DNA of 64,000 nucleotides from Candidatus Zhuqueibacterota bacterium (lineage in GTDB: Bacteria; Zhuqueibacterota; Zhuqueibacteria; Thermofontimicrobiales; Thermofontimicrobiaceae), in contig JADHVV010000002.1 of the NCBI GenBank assembly GCA_016783825.1, forward strand, positions 3,259 through 67,258. Reading direction: 5' to 3'. Below are positions 52,973 through 62,820 of the stretch, piece by piece; position 1 is the stretch's first letter; every line of letters starts with the position of its first letter. The notes beneath the pieces are model-generated. The model did no database searches. It was not told where the DNA came from and saw nothing but the letters and a program-made list of their open reading frames with translations. Position numbers and translations under genes: made by a program.

Positions 52973-53176
52973 ATGAAAATAAAAGTAATAGTCGAAAAAG
53001 GCGAGGATGGTTATTTTGTGGCTCATTGTCCTTCATTAAAAAGCTGCTGGAGTCAGGGTAGAACTCACCAGCAGGCGTTAAAGAATATCCAGGAAGCAAT
53101 AGAATTATACTTAGAGCCGGAACCTGAATATTTTGTAAAAGACAAAGACCATAAAATTTATGAATTAGTATTATGA
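52973..53176 (+). CDS. hicB: HicB-family antitoxin (short UPF0150-type, 67 aa)
   Basis: GYFVAHCPSLKSCWSQGRTHQQALKNIQEAIELYLE is the family pattern. Confidence 0.85.
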   Translation: MKIKVIVEKGEDGYFVAHCPSLKSCWSQGRTHQQALKNIQEAIELYLEPEPEYFVKDKDHKIYELVL

Positions 53177-53388
53177 AACTTCCATTATTATCAGGTCGGG
53201 ATGTATTACTAACATTAAACCGTTTGGGTTTTGAAGAACTTCACAGGAAAGGCAGCCATGTTAAAATGAAACATCCTGACGGAAGAAAAATCGTTTTTCC
53301 TTTTCACAAAGAAGTTGACCGATATACTATGAAAGGCGCTTTAAAAGATGCAGACGTTGATATTGAAGAATTTATAAACAATATTTAA
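53173..53388 (+). CDS. hicA: HicA-family mRNA interferase toxin (71 aa)
   Basis: LNRLGFEELHRKGSHVKMKHPDGRKIVFPFHKE is the YcfA/HicA motif. 4-nt overlap with hicB. Confidence 0.85.
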   Translation: MKLPLLSGRDVLLTLNRLGFEELHRKGSHVKMKHPDGRKIVFPFHKEVDRYTMKGALKDADVDIEEFINNI

Positions 53389-53403
53389 TAAACATCCCAA
53401 TAT

Positions 53404-53440
53404 AAAAATCCCCTGAAAACTCCAGGGGATTTTTTTATTT
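53404..53440. terminator. Bidirectional rho-independent terminator between hicA (+) and ntpK (-)
   Basis: 12-bp stem aaaaatcccctg / caggggattttt with a 7-nt loop. A-run on the left, T-run on the right. Confidence 0.75.
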
Positions 53441-53488
53441 AGTTCATCGACGAAAAAACGATCTTGTAACATTCTAAAATGCTCTCTA

Positions 53489-53929
53489 TCAACCTTTAGG
53501 AATCGCCGTCATGGTAAACACCATTACAAACAAAGCAACCGTTTCAACAATACCAACAACCATGATGTAATTTCCAAAACCCTTTCCGGTCTCCCCTAAC
53601 GCATCCGCTGCTTTGGCGCCGGCTTTTCCCTGCATGTAAGCTGAAAATGCCATAGCGAGTCCGGCAAAAGCGCCAAGCAACATCTGGTAATGATAGCTTT
53701 CTGCTGGCAAATTAGCGCTCTGTATTGCGTTTCTTAATATCATACCATAAATCGTTTGCGTCAAAGGTGCACCGGCAAATGCAACCAGAATGAATGGCGC
53801 AGCTTTGTTCTGTATAAATGCTCGTTTCCATGCACCTATCGCAGCCATTCCGGCAATCCCGGTTCCCAATGCAGAACCTATCGCTGCAATTGCTAACGAT
53901 AAACTCATGTCTCCTAATCCTGATACCAT
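53489..53929 (-). CDS. ntpK: V-type ATPase proteolipid subunit K
   Basis: 146 aa, four hydrophobic helices, Gly-rich AIGSALGTGIAG, and a conserved carboxylate in IVETVALF. AAGGAG SD upstream. Confidence 0.85.
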   Translation of the reverse strand: MVSGLGDMSLSLAIAAIGSALGTGIAGMAAIGAWKRAFIQNKAAPFILVAFAGAPLTQTIYGMILRNAIQSANLPAESYHYQMLLGAFAGLAMAFSAYMQGKAGAKAADALGETGKGFGNYIMVVGIVETVALFVMVFTMTAIPKG

Positions 53930-54100
53930 AATTTTACTCCTTATTATAGGATTTATTTTTTTTATTCAATTATTTTACATTTATTGGTTTATTTGGAAAA
54001 ATTCCAATTTCCAAATAACAAATTCCAAATAAATCTCAAATTCCAAATCTCAATGACCAATGTTTGAAATTTGATTCCAACTTGGCGGGACAGCTACCCT

Positions 54101-54454
54101 CTATATTGGAAGATAAAAAATCTTTCCTTCCCATTCATTAAATTTGCTACACTCATAAACTAACAGTATATCTTCTATAACTTGACTAATCAGTGTATCC
54201 TGTTTGATTATAAAAATAGCCGGGATTTTTTGACCAGCCTTTTCACGTTCGTAAGCAAACCGAGGAATCGTTTCAGCATCATGAGTTAACAGGATAAGAT
54301 TTTCTTTGAAGGCATAATCAAGAACTGTTGTATCTTCTACGCCTGAAAGACCAATATCCTGAATTCTTACAATATCCAACTCATTATTTCTTTGTCTTAA
54401 TCCACGTACAATGTGATTATTGAAGTTTTCATCAGCTAAAAAACGAATCATCAA
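54101..54454 (-). CDS. DUF5615/Mut7-C-type PIN-like putative toxin (117 aa)
   Basis: IRFLADENFNNHIVRGLRQRN...DIVRIQDIGLSGVEDTTVLDYAFKENLILLTHD is the family pattern. Directly follows a DUF433 gene. Confidence 0.7.
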   Translation of the reverse strand: MMIRFLADENFNNHIVRGLRQRNNELDIVRIQDIGLSGVEDTTVLDYAFKENLILLTHDAETIPRFAYEREKAGQKIPAIFIIKQDTLISQVIEDILLVYECSKFNEWEGKIFYLPI

Positions 54455-54457
54455 ATT

Positions 54458-54805
54458 TTATTCTTTCGCATTTTTACGCTTTAATAAACGTTCACGTATC
54501 ATCTTAGTATCAAAATGTGATTGAATATTTTCCTTAATACTTTCTGCCAAACGATCATGTTTTTCCAAATAAGATTCTACTCTGTCCTGATCATTTAAGT
54601 AATAACTTATTGCTGAATATACATCGGCAAGTTTTAAAACAGGATATTGGTAAACTATTTCTTCACATGTTGACCCATTTTTAAAAGCAGTTATCACTGT
54701 ATTTAGAGTTACACGTGTATCTCCAATTCTTATTATTCCTTCAGAGTCATTTACAAAAGGTACAGTTTTTGTAGCAATCGAAAATTCCATCACACTAAAA
54801 TCCAA
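54458..54805 (-). CDS. DUF433-domain putative antitoxin (115 aa)
   Basis: IRIGDTRVTLNTVITAFKNGSTCEEIVYQYPVLKLADVYSAISYY matches the DUF433 HTH-like core. Confidence 0.7.
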   Translation of the reverse strand: MDFSVMEFSIATKTVPFVNDSEGIIRIGDTRVTLNTVITAFKNGSTCEEIVYQYPVLKLADVYSAISYYLNDQDRVESYLEKHDRLAESIKENIQSHFDTKMIRERLLKRKNAKE

Positions 54806-54835
54806 TAATTAATTTTCTGATAATGTTTACAAATA

Positions 54836-54864
54836 AATATAACACTTTATTTCTATCTTGTCAA
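54836..54864 (-). promoter_or_regulatory. Sigma70-type promoter for the DUF433/PIN-like pair
   Basis: On the minus strand: TTGACA (54864-54859), a 17-nt spacer, then TATATT (54841-54836). The -35 lies inside a duplicated copy of the ntpI 3-prime end. Confidence 0.5.
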
Positions 54865-54945
54865 TAAAATTCTGTTCCTTAAACCATCTTAACCTTTATC
54901 TCGATCTTGACCTGCGTTCTTTATTCTTATCTTGTCAACAAAATT

Positions 54946-56718
54946 CTACTCCTTAAACGGTTGATACGGACTCCCTGTCCATTGCACCCCCACATGTCCG
55001 GAAAACTCCAATAAATTTAAACGCACGCCGTGTACCAAAATAGACATGCCACATAACGCCAGGTTAATGGAATGACCGAGCAATAATACCACCGCCGCAA
55101 TTACTCCGCTAACAACCGAATCAATTCCAGCGCCGATCGCCATAGAATTAAAATTTGTTGCAACGATGACAGTTGCTAATCCCACGGCATACAGCCGAAT
55201 ATAAGATACGATGTCAGAAAATGAACTTATTATGTCCAAAGGTAAATTTCCTAAAGTAGCCAATACACCTTTGATAATATTTTTCTGAAAATTAGCAAAT
55301 AATAAAATAAGAACAACACCGGAAATGAACAGTGGCATTGTTAATCCTGACATCTCTTTTCCCAACACAATGTTATTAGCAATAAAATATACAGCCCATA
55401 AAACAAGCACCCAACCTAATTCAGCTATTGCTGTCATTGAGTTTATCCTGCGAAATGCACTCATTAATCGACCGACACTTAATTGAACAACTCCGATTAT
55501 AAAAGTCAACTTCATGATAAAATCCGATGAATCAGGATTAAAGCTATAAATTTCATCAACAATAAAAATTTTCAAAAATGGCAACTGGGAAATTCTTTCT
55601 GCGCCAAACCAGGTGCCTGTTATTAATCCCCATAATATTGTTACTGAACTCATAAAATACATTAAATAGAAAAAATCCTTTGAGCCCTGTTTATTTTTCC
55701 TGGAAATGAAGAAAGTAGCAAAGAGAAAAACCAGACCATAACCGGCATCTCCCACAATCATTGCAAAGAAAATACTGAAAAATGCCAGAAATACAAAACT
55801 AACATCTTGTTCATTATAACCCGGCAGTGTTCCCATAAATTCGAACAATGGCTTGATAATGCGAATCCACTTTGGATTTCGGGTTAATGTGGGAACTTCG
55901 CCGGGATTTTCGGGTGTTTCAATCATGTATCCCCAGCCATCAGCTTCAGCCTGCTTCTTTATTTCCGGCACCAGATCAACCGGGCAAAAACCTGACAGGT
56001 AAGCGATCTCCCCTTCCTCGCCCATTCCATATTTAACCAGGTTCAACTGTAACCGACTTTTCAAATCTGTTTGGTATTCCAAAATTCCATTGCGAATTGA
56101 CGAGAATGACTCAATTGCATCTTCCAGTAAATTGATCTCATCATTTAATTGGGAAATTTTATTTTCCAATTCAACAAGTTCAACCGGCGGAATTGGCTCT
56201 TCTCTTAAATCCAGTTTCTCTTCCGGAGATTCTGAAAACAAAGCCAGGTAAATGACATTTTGTTTTTCTTTCGCGACATGAAAAATCTTGTCTTCAGGCA
56301 GATTTTTGAGGAAATTTTTATCAGCAATATAAAAACGAATATAAATTCCCGCGTTTTTCAATTGTTGAATTGAATTGTATGAAACAGCTCCCCATTTTTC
56401 AAACCAGCGATGGATCTCTTTTTGTTCAGCTAATTCTCGTTGTAGGTTTTCTTTATTGTGCTGATGTTCCAGTATTAAATCAATTTCCGATTGAATATTT
56501 TCTATATCCGTTAGCAGCTTTTGGTTTTCAGGGTCACCAATAATTTGTAACGTTTTTTCGACATTCTCTAACTTTGATTCTAACGATTGAATATCTTCCG
56601 AAAGCGGATTATTTATATTTTTTATATGCAGCACACCTAACTTTCGTAATTTTTCCAATGCAAAATCACGATGTTTGCCGCTCACCAAAATGGTAACCTT
56701 GTTCATTTTGACTATCAT
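54946..56718 (-). CDS. ntpI: V-type ATPase subunit I (a-subunit, membrane stator)
   Basis: 590 aa. Cytosolic coiled-coil N-terminal half and a multi-TM C-terminal half with the essential Arg in SYIRLYAVGLA. Confidence 0.9.
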   Translation of the reverse strand: MIVKMNKVTILVSGKHRDFALEKLRKLGVLHIKNINNPLSEDIQSLESKLENVEKTLQIIGDPENQKLLTDIENIQSEIDLILEHQHNKENLQRELAEQKEIHRWFEKWGAVSYNSIQQLKNAGIYIRFYIADKNFLKNLPEDKIFHVAKEKQNVIYLALFSESPEEKLDLREEPIPPVELVELENKISQLNDEINLLEDAIESFSSIRNGILEYQTDLKSRLQLNLVKYGMGEEGEIAYLSGFCPVDLVPEIKKQAEADGWGYMIETPENPGEVPTLTRNPKWIRIIKPLFEFMGTLPGYNEQDVSFVFLAFFSIFFAMIVGDAGYGLVFLFATFFISRKNKQGSKDFFYLMYFMSSVTILWGLITGTWFGAERISQLPFLKIFIVDEIYSFNPDSSDFIMKLTFIIGVVQLSVGRLMSAFRRINSMTAIAELGWVLVLWAVYFIANNIVLGKEMSGLTMPLFISGVVLILLFANFQKNIIKGVLATLGNLPLDIISSFSDIVSYIRLYAVGLATVIVATNFNSMAIGAGIDSVVSGVIAAVVLLLGHSINLALCGMSILVHGVRLNLLEFSGHVGVQWTGSPYQPFKE

Positions 56719-57326
56719 ACGGGGCTCACTTCTTTCTTCTTTTCAATCTTCCCTTTGGCAATTTTACCACGAACAACCGCCGCTGTCAGTTGATCACCTA
56801 AAAAAATTTGAATGATCCGAATACTCTCTTTAGCTTCCGGGATTTTCACTTCTTCAAATAGTTTAATTCGCTGAACAGTAATACGTAACTCTTCTGCTAT
56901 TATGTCCTGCTGTTCTTTTAAAATTTTTAATTCAGCTCTGCGTTTAATCTGGTCTTTTGTTACTTCAATTCCTTTGTCTATCCAGAGTGGCGTATTGTAA
57001 AGATCAATTTCTGCATCTTCAAAAACAACATCCAGGTAAAGCGGAATATCAATACCGGCGATATTGTCTTCATCAGTCTTTATTTCTTTCACCTGAAAAA
57101 AGTCATTCAAATCAATGTCCTCAGCAAACACATCAACCCATTTTGTCACCTGTCTGTCTGACTTTTCGATTTCACTTCGCAGTTCATCAATTTTGTTCTG
57201 AATTAGCCTGATCTCGGCTAATAACTGTTTTTTCTTCAACTCGAGGGTTGGTAAATATCTGGTGAACCGTTTCAGGTTTTCCTTCTGGACTTTCAGTTCA
57301 TTTTTTGTGAATCTTATTTTTGCCAT
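56715..57326 (-). CDS. ntpD: V-type ATPase subunit D (central stalk)
   Basis: 203 aa. IRFTKNELKVQKENLKRFTRYLPTLELKKKQLL is the typical V-type D N-terminus. 4-nt overlap with ntpI. Confidence 0.85.
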   Translation of the reverse strand: MAKIRFTKNELKVQKENLKRFTRYLPTLELKKKQLLAEIRLIQNKIDELRSEIEKSDRQVTKWVDVFAEDIDLNDFFQVKEIKTDEDNIAGIDIPLYLDVVFEDAEIDLYNTPLWIDKGIEVTKDQIKRRAELKILKEQQDIIAEELRITVQRIKLFEEVKIPEAKESIRIIQIFLGDQLTAAVVRGKIAKGKIEKKKEVSPV

Positions 57327-57384
57327 TGCAGGTCCTAATTGTTACAAATATGATCTACATTCTTTTTGCAAAGATAATAAATTC

Positions 57385-57640
57385 CAACACTGAAAACACT
57401 GATACCCACCGAAATAAATTTTTTAATTTTTTTTCTTGCTACCGGACACTTTTTTAAAAACTGTACTTTTCGATTATTTGTCATGCCCGAATGCTTCTAT
57501 CGGGTATCCATTTGATCAATACTTAGGGGATTCCCGCTGAAAACATGCGGGAATGACAGGCTCTCCATGCACAATTTAAAAAGTGTCCGGTAATGAATTT
57601 TTTTTCAGTGATATTCAGTGTTATTCGGTGTTTAATTATG
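57385..57640. repeat. Three-layer nested palindrome between the RhuM gene and ntpD
   Basis: Outer layer: cactgaaaacactga...ccgaaat against attcagtgttattcggtg. Middle layer: accggacacttttt (57441-57454) against aaaaagtgtccggt (57578-57591). Inner layer: gtcatgcccgaatgc...gcatgcgggaatgac hairpin element (57480-57560). Confidence 0.7.
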
Positions 57641-57660
57641 CGAAACACATCGCTACGTCA

Positions 57661-58524
57661 TTAATTGGAATTATCCGGCCAATCATTCATTGTCATTGGA
57701 ATACCTGTCTCTGCTTGATGTTCTGCATAATCGAGATACATTGTTACAATTCTATTCAAGAATTTAATTTCTTTTTCGCGTAAATAATTTTTGGCTATTA
57801 CTACGTCCGATTTAATAATTTTACCGTTTGGCGCTTTTTTCCAGGTAGTTAATCCCATATAATCTTTTTTATGATCCGCGCGGTTTACAATAAGTTCTGC
57901 TGCGGTTTGTCCATGAGTTGCAAAATGAAGCTTGTTCTGAACTATTGCAAAAAAGGTTTTTGTTGTGGGGGATTGCAAATCATAATCAACGGCAGTTGCA
58001 TAAATATCGGTGATTTGTTGATAAAAATTTCTTTCGCTCTCACGGATATCACGAATTTCAAGTATTAAATCCTTGAAATATTGTTTGCTCAGATATGCTC
58101 CGTTTTTAAGCCTAACATCATCAAGAACATATCCACGAATCGCGAAATCTTTTAATACTTGTGTTGCCCATCTTCTAAAATTTGTGGCTCTCTCGGAATT
58201 TATTCTATATCCGAGTGATATTATCAATTCTAAATTATAATGTTCAACTTCTCTTTTTACTTTTCTGTTTCCTTCCTTTTGAACTATTAGGAATTTCCTA
58301 ATAGTTGAATTTTTATCCAACTCCTTAATGGAAAAGATATTTTTTAAGTGTTCATTTATTGTAGGTATTTTTACATCAAATAATTTTGCTATTAGTTTTT
58401 GAGTAAGCCATACATTTTCATCTTCTACCCGCACTTCTATACCATCTTTATTAGCTTGAGATGTAAATATCAAAAACTCTGCTGTACTATTCCTTATTGT
58501 AAGTCTGTTCTCTTTCTTTTTCAT
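57661..58524 (-). CDS. RhuM-family protein (287 aa)
   Basis: IRNSTAEFLIFT...VWLTQKLIAKLFDVKIPTINEHLKNIF...YNLELIISLGYRINSERATNFRRWATQVLK is the RhuM signature. The last ~9 codons duplicate the ntpB 3-prime end. Confidence 0.8.
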   Translation of the reverse strand: MKKKENRLTIRNSTAEFLIFTSQANKDGIEVRVEDENVWLTQKLIAKLFDVKIPTINEHLKNIFSIKELDKNSTIRKFLIVQKEGNRKVKREVEHYNLELIISLGYRINSERATNFRRWATQVLKDFAIRGYVLDDVRLKNGAYLSKQYFKDLILEIRDIRESERNFYQQITDIYATAVDYDLQSPTTKTFFAIVQNKLHFATHGQTAAELIVNRADHKKDYMGLTTWKKAPNGKIIKSDVVIAKNYLREKEIKFLNRIVTMYLDYAEHQAETGIPMTMNDWPDNSN

Positions 58525-58720
58525 AATTCAATAACGGTAATTCTCTTTTCAAGTGAAAGTTAATAAAATTATATTTGCAATCTCTATATAAAAAAGACAA
58601 ATTTTTTTAATATGTGCCTAACGGTAACTATATGAAAAGTAGGCGATTTCGTGGCATTTCACTATCAAGTTATACAAAGGTTGAAGCGAGCTACAACCCT
58701 TGAATTTACTACAATCCCGC

Positions 58721-59596
58721 TTATTTTTTATATACATTGTTGTGCGGCGTACTTTGTATTAATCTGTCAAATAATTCTGTTTTGATAATGTATTTTTCTG
58801 CATTCCAGCCATTTTCACTCTCAATTTTAATTAGTCCAAAATAGTCCAAAAACCTGTCAAATGTTCGCAATGAATAACATCTTCTTGCCTGCTCCTGATT
58901 TGTCTTAAAATTTGACTCTGCGATTTCATTTATTAGTTGTGGAAACGCTTTAAAATATTTGTCCGAATAGAATTTATCGATTCTTTTTTCAGTTCCATAT
59001 TTACTAAGAAGAATCAATGAAAATCCAAATCCTAATTGTCCAATACTATTTTGTCCATAACCATCATAATAAGCCCAATTAAATTTTGTCCCGAATATTG
59101 TAAAAATCAAGAATAGTAGTTTAAAGTCGTTACCAATTATTGATTTCCCTTTTTTTGTCAGGCTTAGTTTGTTATTCCACTTTTTTGCAATTCCTGATAT
59201 TTCAATTAAAATTCTTGTCAGGTTTATTGTTGAAGAATCAGTCTCTTTATACAATTTCGAAATTCCAGAATCTATGTGTTCCTCTTTTTTTATAAATCCT
59301 TGATTGTAAATATCCGAAACAATTTTCGTTGGTAGAAATCCTTTATTTGTAAGTCTTAATTCTCCATGATTTTCAATAAGTTTTAAAAGATATTTTATTT
59401 GGTTTAGTATTGGAATTCTTTTGTAGTCTGATTCTGTCAATTTTAATAATTGAATTGGACTATTTTTTTCAAAGGTGTTACAAAGAATATATTGCATTTC
59501 AATCGGTGAATATCCATCAAAATCAGGAAGTCCTTGATTGTTCTGCTCATTCATTATTTTGTCGATATGTTTTTGCAATTTTTCTATATCTTCCAT
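58721..59596 (-). CDS. Hypothetical protein (291 aa), co-oriented with the RhuM gene
   Basis: Clean ORF with normal composition. I recognise no family motif. The N-terminal DFDGYSPIEMQYIL is reminiscent of motifs in other uncharacterised bacterial proteins. Confidence 0.6.
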   Translation of the reverse strand: MEDIEKLQKHIDKIMNEQNNQGLPDFDGYSPIEMQYILCNTFEKNSPIQLLKLTESDYKRIPILNQIKYLLKLIENHGELRLTNKGFLPTKIVSDIYNQGFIKKEEHIDSGISKLYKETDSSTINLTRILIEISGIAKKWNNKLSLTKKGKSIIGNDFKLLFLIFTIFGTKFNWAYYDGYGQNSIGQLGFGFSLILLSKYGTEKRIDKFYSDKYFKAFPQLINEIAESNFKTNQEQARRCYSLRTFDRFLDYFGLIKIESENGWNAEKYIIKTELFDRLIQSTPHNNVYKK

Positions 59597-59771
59597 TGTT
59601 CATCAGTCTGTTTAGTATGCCACACAACGTATGTGTATATTCATTGCTCTTATACCGCTAATTTGGTAGTATAAGAACAATAGATTTCTTTATTCTATCA
59701 ATATAAAAATTATAAGAAAACCTTCATCCTGACGATTCTCAAATCCACCGTAGCGTTCCGGTAATGAATTA

Positions 59772-61079
59772 CTATTTAGAATTATCCGGCCAAAATTCAT
59801 TGATCAATTCTGAACGTATTCGAGTCTCCTCAGAAGTGAAGCACTCCGATAAAATTTGCCATCCACGGTCAAGCGCTTGTTCTAACGGAATATTGACTGA
59901 CAGGTCCATCATTTGTGATCTGAACATACCACCATATTTTAAAAGCTTATTGTCCCAGCTACTCATTCGGAATCCCATGGAACGTTTTTCTTCTGTTTCT
60001 AAAAATTGTGCATACAACTGAATCATACCATCCATGATTGCCCGGTGATCTTTTCGGCTTTGTTCTGCGCTGTTCACGTTTTGCTTTAACCGGCTCAATG
60101 ATCCAAATGGATCAATAAAACCCGTGTGCAAATAGAACTGACCTTCGGTAATGTAACCGGTATTATCCGGGACCGGGTGCGTTACATCATCGCCAGGCAT
60201 GGTTGTTACTGCCAAAACAGTAATGGAACCAGCGCCTTCAAAATCCACAGCCTTTTCGTAACGAGCAGCTAACTGGCTGTAGAGATCGCCGGGGTAGCCA
60301 CGGTTTGATGGAACCTGTTCCATGGTTATTGCAATTTCTTTTAACGCATCAGCGAAGTTTGTCATATCTGTCAACAGTACAAGCACTTCTTTTCCCTTTA
60401 ATGCAAATTGCTCTGCAACTGCAAGGGCTAAATCCGGCACCATCAAACTTTCCACGATGGGATCGGCTGCGGTGTTCATAAAAAAGATAGATCGTGAAAG
60501 CGCGCCGCCCTCTTCGAGTGTATTTTTAAATTTCATGTATTCGTCATACTTCAACCCGATACCGCCCAGAATGATCATATCGACTTCCGCCTGCAACGCA
60601 ACACGGGCTAACAACTCGTTGTAAGGTTCCCCGGAAATGGAAAAGATGGGCAATTTTTGCGAAACAACCAGCGAGTTAAAAACATCGATCATGGGAATAT
60701 TTGTACGGATCATTCTTTTTGGAATAATTCTTTTTGCCGGGTTAACGCTGGGCCCTGCCACGTTGATCAAATGTTCTGTAAGCAATGGTCCTTTATCCCT
60801 GGGATTGCCGGCGCCGTCAAAAATTCGTCCAAGCATATTATCGGAAAACGTGACCTGCATGGGACGTCCAAGAAAACGGATCTCATCATTTATGGAAACA
60901 CCCCGGCTGCCGGTAAAAACCTGCAACGAAACCAGGTCATTGTCGATTTTAATTACCTGTGCCAGCGACTTTCCTCGTTTTGTAGTTATTTCAGCAAGCT
61001 CTTCATATTCAATATCCGTCGCTTTAACCGTGATAACATTTCCGCTTATTTGTAATATTTTATTATAAACTTTTCTCAT
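59772..61079 (-). CDS. ntpB: V-type ATPase subunit B
   Basis: 435 aa, non-catalytic B-type sequence ([16 protein letters not shown]...[14 protein letters not shown]...[11 protein letters not shown]). 17-nt overlap with ntpA. Confidence 0.95.
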   Translation of the reverse strand: MRKVYNKILQISGNVITVKATDIEYEELAEITTKRGKSLAQVIKIDNDLVSLQVFTGSRGVSINDEIRFLGRPMQVTFSDNMLGRIFDGAGNPRDKGPLLTEHLINVAGPSVNPAKRIIPKRMIRTNIPMIDVFNSLVVSQKLPIFSISGEPYNELLARVALQAEVDMIILGGIGLKYDEYMKFKNTLEEGGALSRSIFFMNTAADPIVESLMVPDLALAVAEQFALKGKEVLVLLTDMTNFADALKEIAITMEQVPSNRGYPGDLYSQLAARYEKAVDFEGAGSITVLAVTTMPGDDVTHPVPDNTGYITEGQFYLHTGFIDPFGSLSRLKQNVNSAEQSRKDHRAIMDGMIQLYAQFLETEEKRSMGFRMSSWDNKLLKYGGMFRSQMMDLSVNIPLEQALDRGWQILSECFTSEETRIRSELINEFWPDNSK

Positions 61080-62805
61080 TTTCCGAGTACTCCTTAATTA
61101 ATTTCTCTATCGCACCTTCCTGGCTTTTAAACTCGGTGGAATCCATTTTGATATAGTTCCAATCAATGAACAATTGCCGCAATCTATTAAAAAACTCCCT
61201 GGCTTGTTCTTTTTCTTCTAAAATGAATTCCGTTTCAAGCACTCTCTCAACAACATCAAAAACATATTTTTGTCTTTCTTCACTCGAAGCAGCGTCCACT
61301 TCGTCAAACGCATTCTGTTGAAGAAACACACTGTCCAAAAACTCGGATTTCATATAGGATTGGAAATCATCAATCGATGTTCCTTCTTCGCCAACTACCA
61401 TCATCATTTGACCAACATCATTTCCCCTTCTCAGCATATCCTTGGCATCATCAATTTTTTGCTGGGGAATGAAACTATCGTATTTGCTCCAGCTATCCAA
61501 TGGATCAATGGATGGAAAACGGCGAGCATTGGCTCGATCACGGGACAGTCCGAGAAACGCGCCAACAACCTTCAACGTAGATTGTGTAACAGGTTCTTCA
61601 AAATTACCACCGGCAGGACTAACCGTTCCACCGATTGTTAAACTCCCTGTTTCGCCTGTATTCAATTCAACCAAACCGGAGCGTTCATAAAATTCTGCAA
61701 TACGAGATTCAAGGTAAGCCGGGAATGCTTCTTCCCCGGGAATTTCTTCCAACCTGCCGGAAAGCTCGCGCATTGCCTGCGCCCATCGTGAAGTAGAATC
61801 TGCCAACATCAAAACATCCAATCCCATTTGCCGGTAATATTCGCCAAGGGTCACTGCCGTATAAACCGAAGCCTCTCGGGCAGCAACCGGCATGGAACTG
61901 GTATTACAAATAATTATCGTTCTTTCCATCAACGTTTTGCCGGTTTTCGGGTCTTCCAATTCGGGAAACTCCCGCAGCAATTCCACAACTTCTCCAGCCC
62001 GCTCACCACACGCAGCAACGATGATAATATCTGCCTCTGCATGGCGGCTCAAAATATGTTGCAGCACTGTTTTTCCGGCGCCAAATGGTCCGGGCACACA
62101 AAATGTTCCTCCTTTTGCAACCGGGAAAAATGTATCGATGATCCGTGCCTGGGTAACTATTGGTTCTTTGGGAACAATTTTATCGCGGTAAGCATTAATT
62201 GGAATTTTCACCGGCCAATTAAAATACATGGAAATCTCATGAACACCACCTTTTTCATCTTTCAATTTCGCAATAGTATCTTTAATTGTATATTCCCCGG
62301 CTTCAACAATGTGGTCAACAGTCAACTCACCCGGCAGGTCAAATGGCACCATAATGGCATGTTTAAAAATCCCTTCGGGAACAGTGCCAAGTGGGATGCC
62401 TTGGACTACCGTATCTCCTTTTTTCACAGAAGGTATAAATTCCCATTTTTTTTCGTCGTCCAATGGTTTAAGTTCCACACCGCGCGGCAGGAAAAATCCA
62501 TAATGTTCAGCAAGATCGTGCAAAGGATTTTGCAGTCCGTCATAAACCTGCCCTAAAAGTCCGGGACCTAATTGTACTGATAAAAGCTGACCGCTGAACT
62601 CAACAATGTCCCCGATTTTTAATCCCTTCGTACTTTCGAACACTTGTAAAAATGCAACACCGTCACCAATGCGGACAATTTCTGCCTTCAATCTTTCCTC
62701 ACCTTTGATGATGTATGCCACCTCGTTTTGCATGATATTTATGTCAACGGAAACCGTAACCATGTTTCCACTAATACCAATTATTTTTCCAGTATTCTGG
62801 TTCAT
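61063..62805 (-). CDS. ntpA: V-type ATPase catalytic subunit A
   Basis: 580 aa. Walker [21 protein letters not shown], and the non-homologous insert typical of A subunits. AGGAGG SD upstream. Confidence 0.96.
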   Translation of the reverse strand: MNQNTGKIIGISGNMVTVSVDINIMQNEVAYIIKGEERLKAEIVRIGDGVAFLQVFESTKGLKIGDIVEFSGQLLSVQLGPGLLGQVYDGLQNPLHDLAEHYGFFLPRGVELKPLDDEKKWEFIPSVKKGDTVVQGIPLGTVPEGIFKHAIMVPFDLPGELTVDHIVEAGEYTIKDTIAKLKDEKGGVHEISMYFNWPVKIPINAYRDKIVPKEPIVTQARIIDTFFPVAKGGTFCVPGPFGAGKTVLQHILSRHAEADIIIVAACGERAGEVVELLREFPELEDPKTGKTLMERTIIICNTSSMPVAAREASVYTAVTLGEYYRQMGLDVLMLADSTSRWAQAMRELSGRLEEIPGEEAFPAYLESRIAEFYERSGLVELNTGETGSLTIGGTVSPAGGNFEEPVTQSTLKVVGAFLGLSRDRANARRFPSIDPLDSWSKYDSFIPQQKIDDAKDMLRRGNDVGQMMMVVGEEGTSIDDFQSYMKSEFLDSVFLQQNAFDEVDAASSEERQKYVFDVVERVLETEFILEEKEQAREFFNRLRQLFIDWNYIKMDSTEFKSQEGAIEKLIKEYSENEKSL

Positions 62806-62820
62806 AAAGATACCTCCTGA

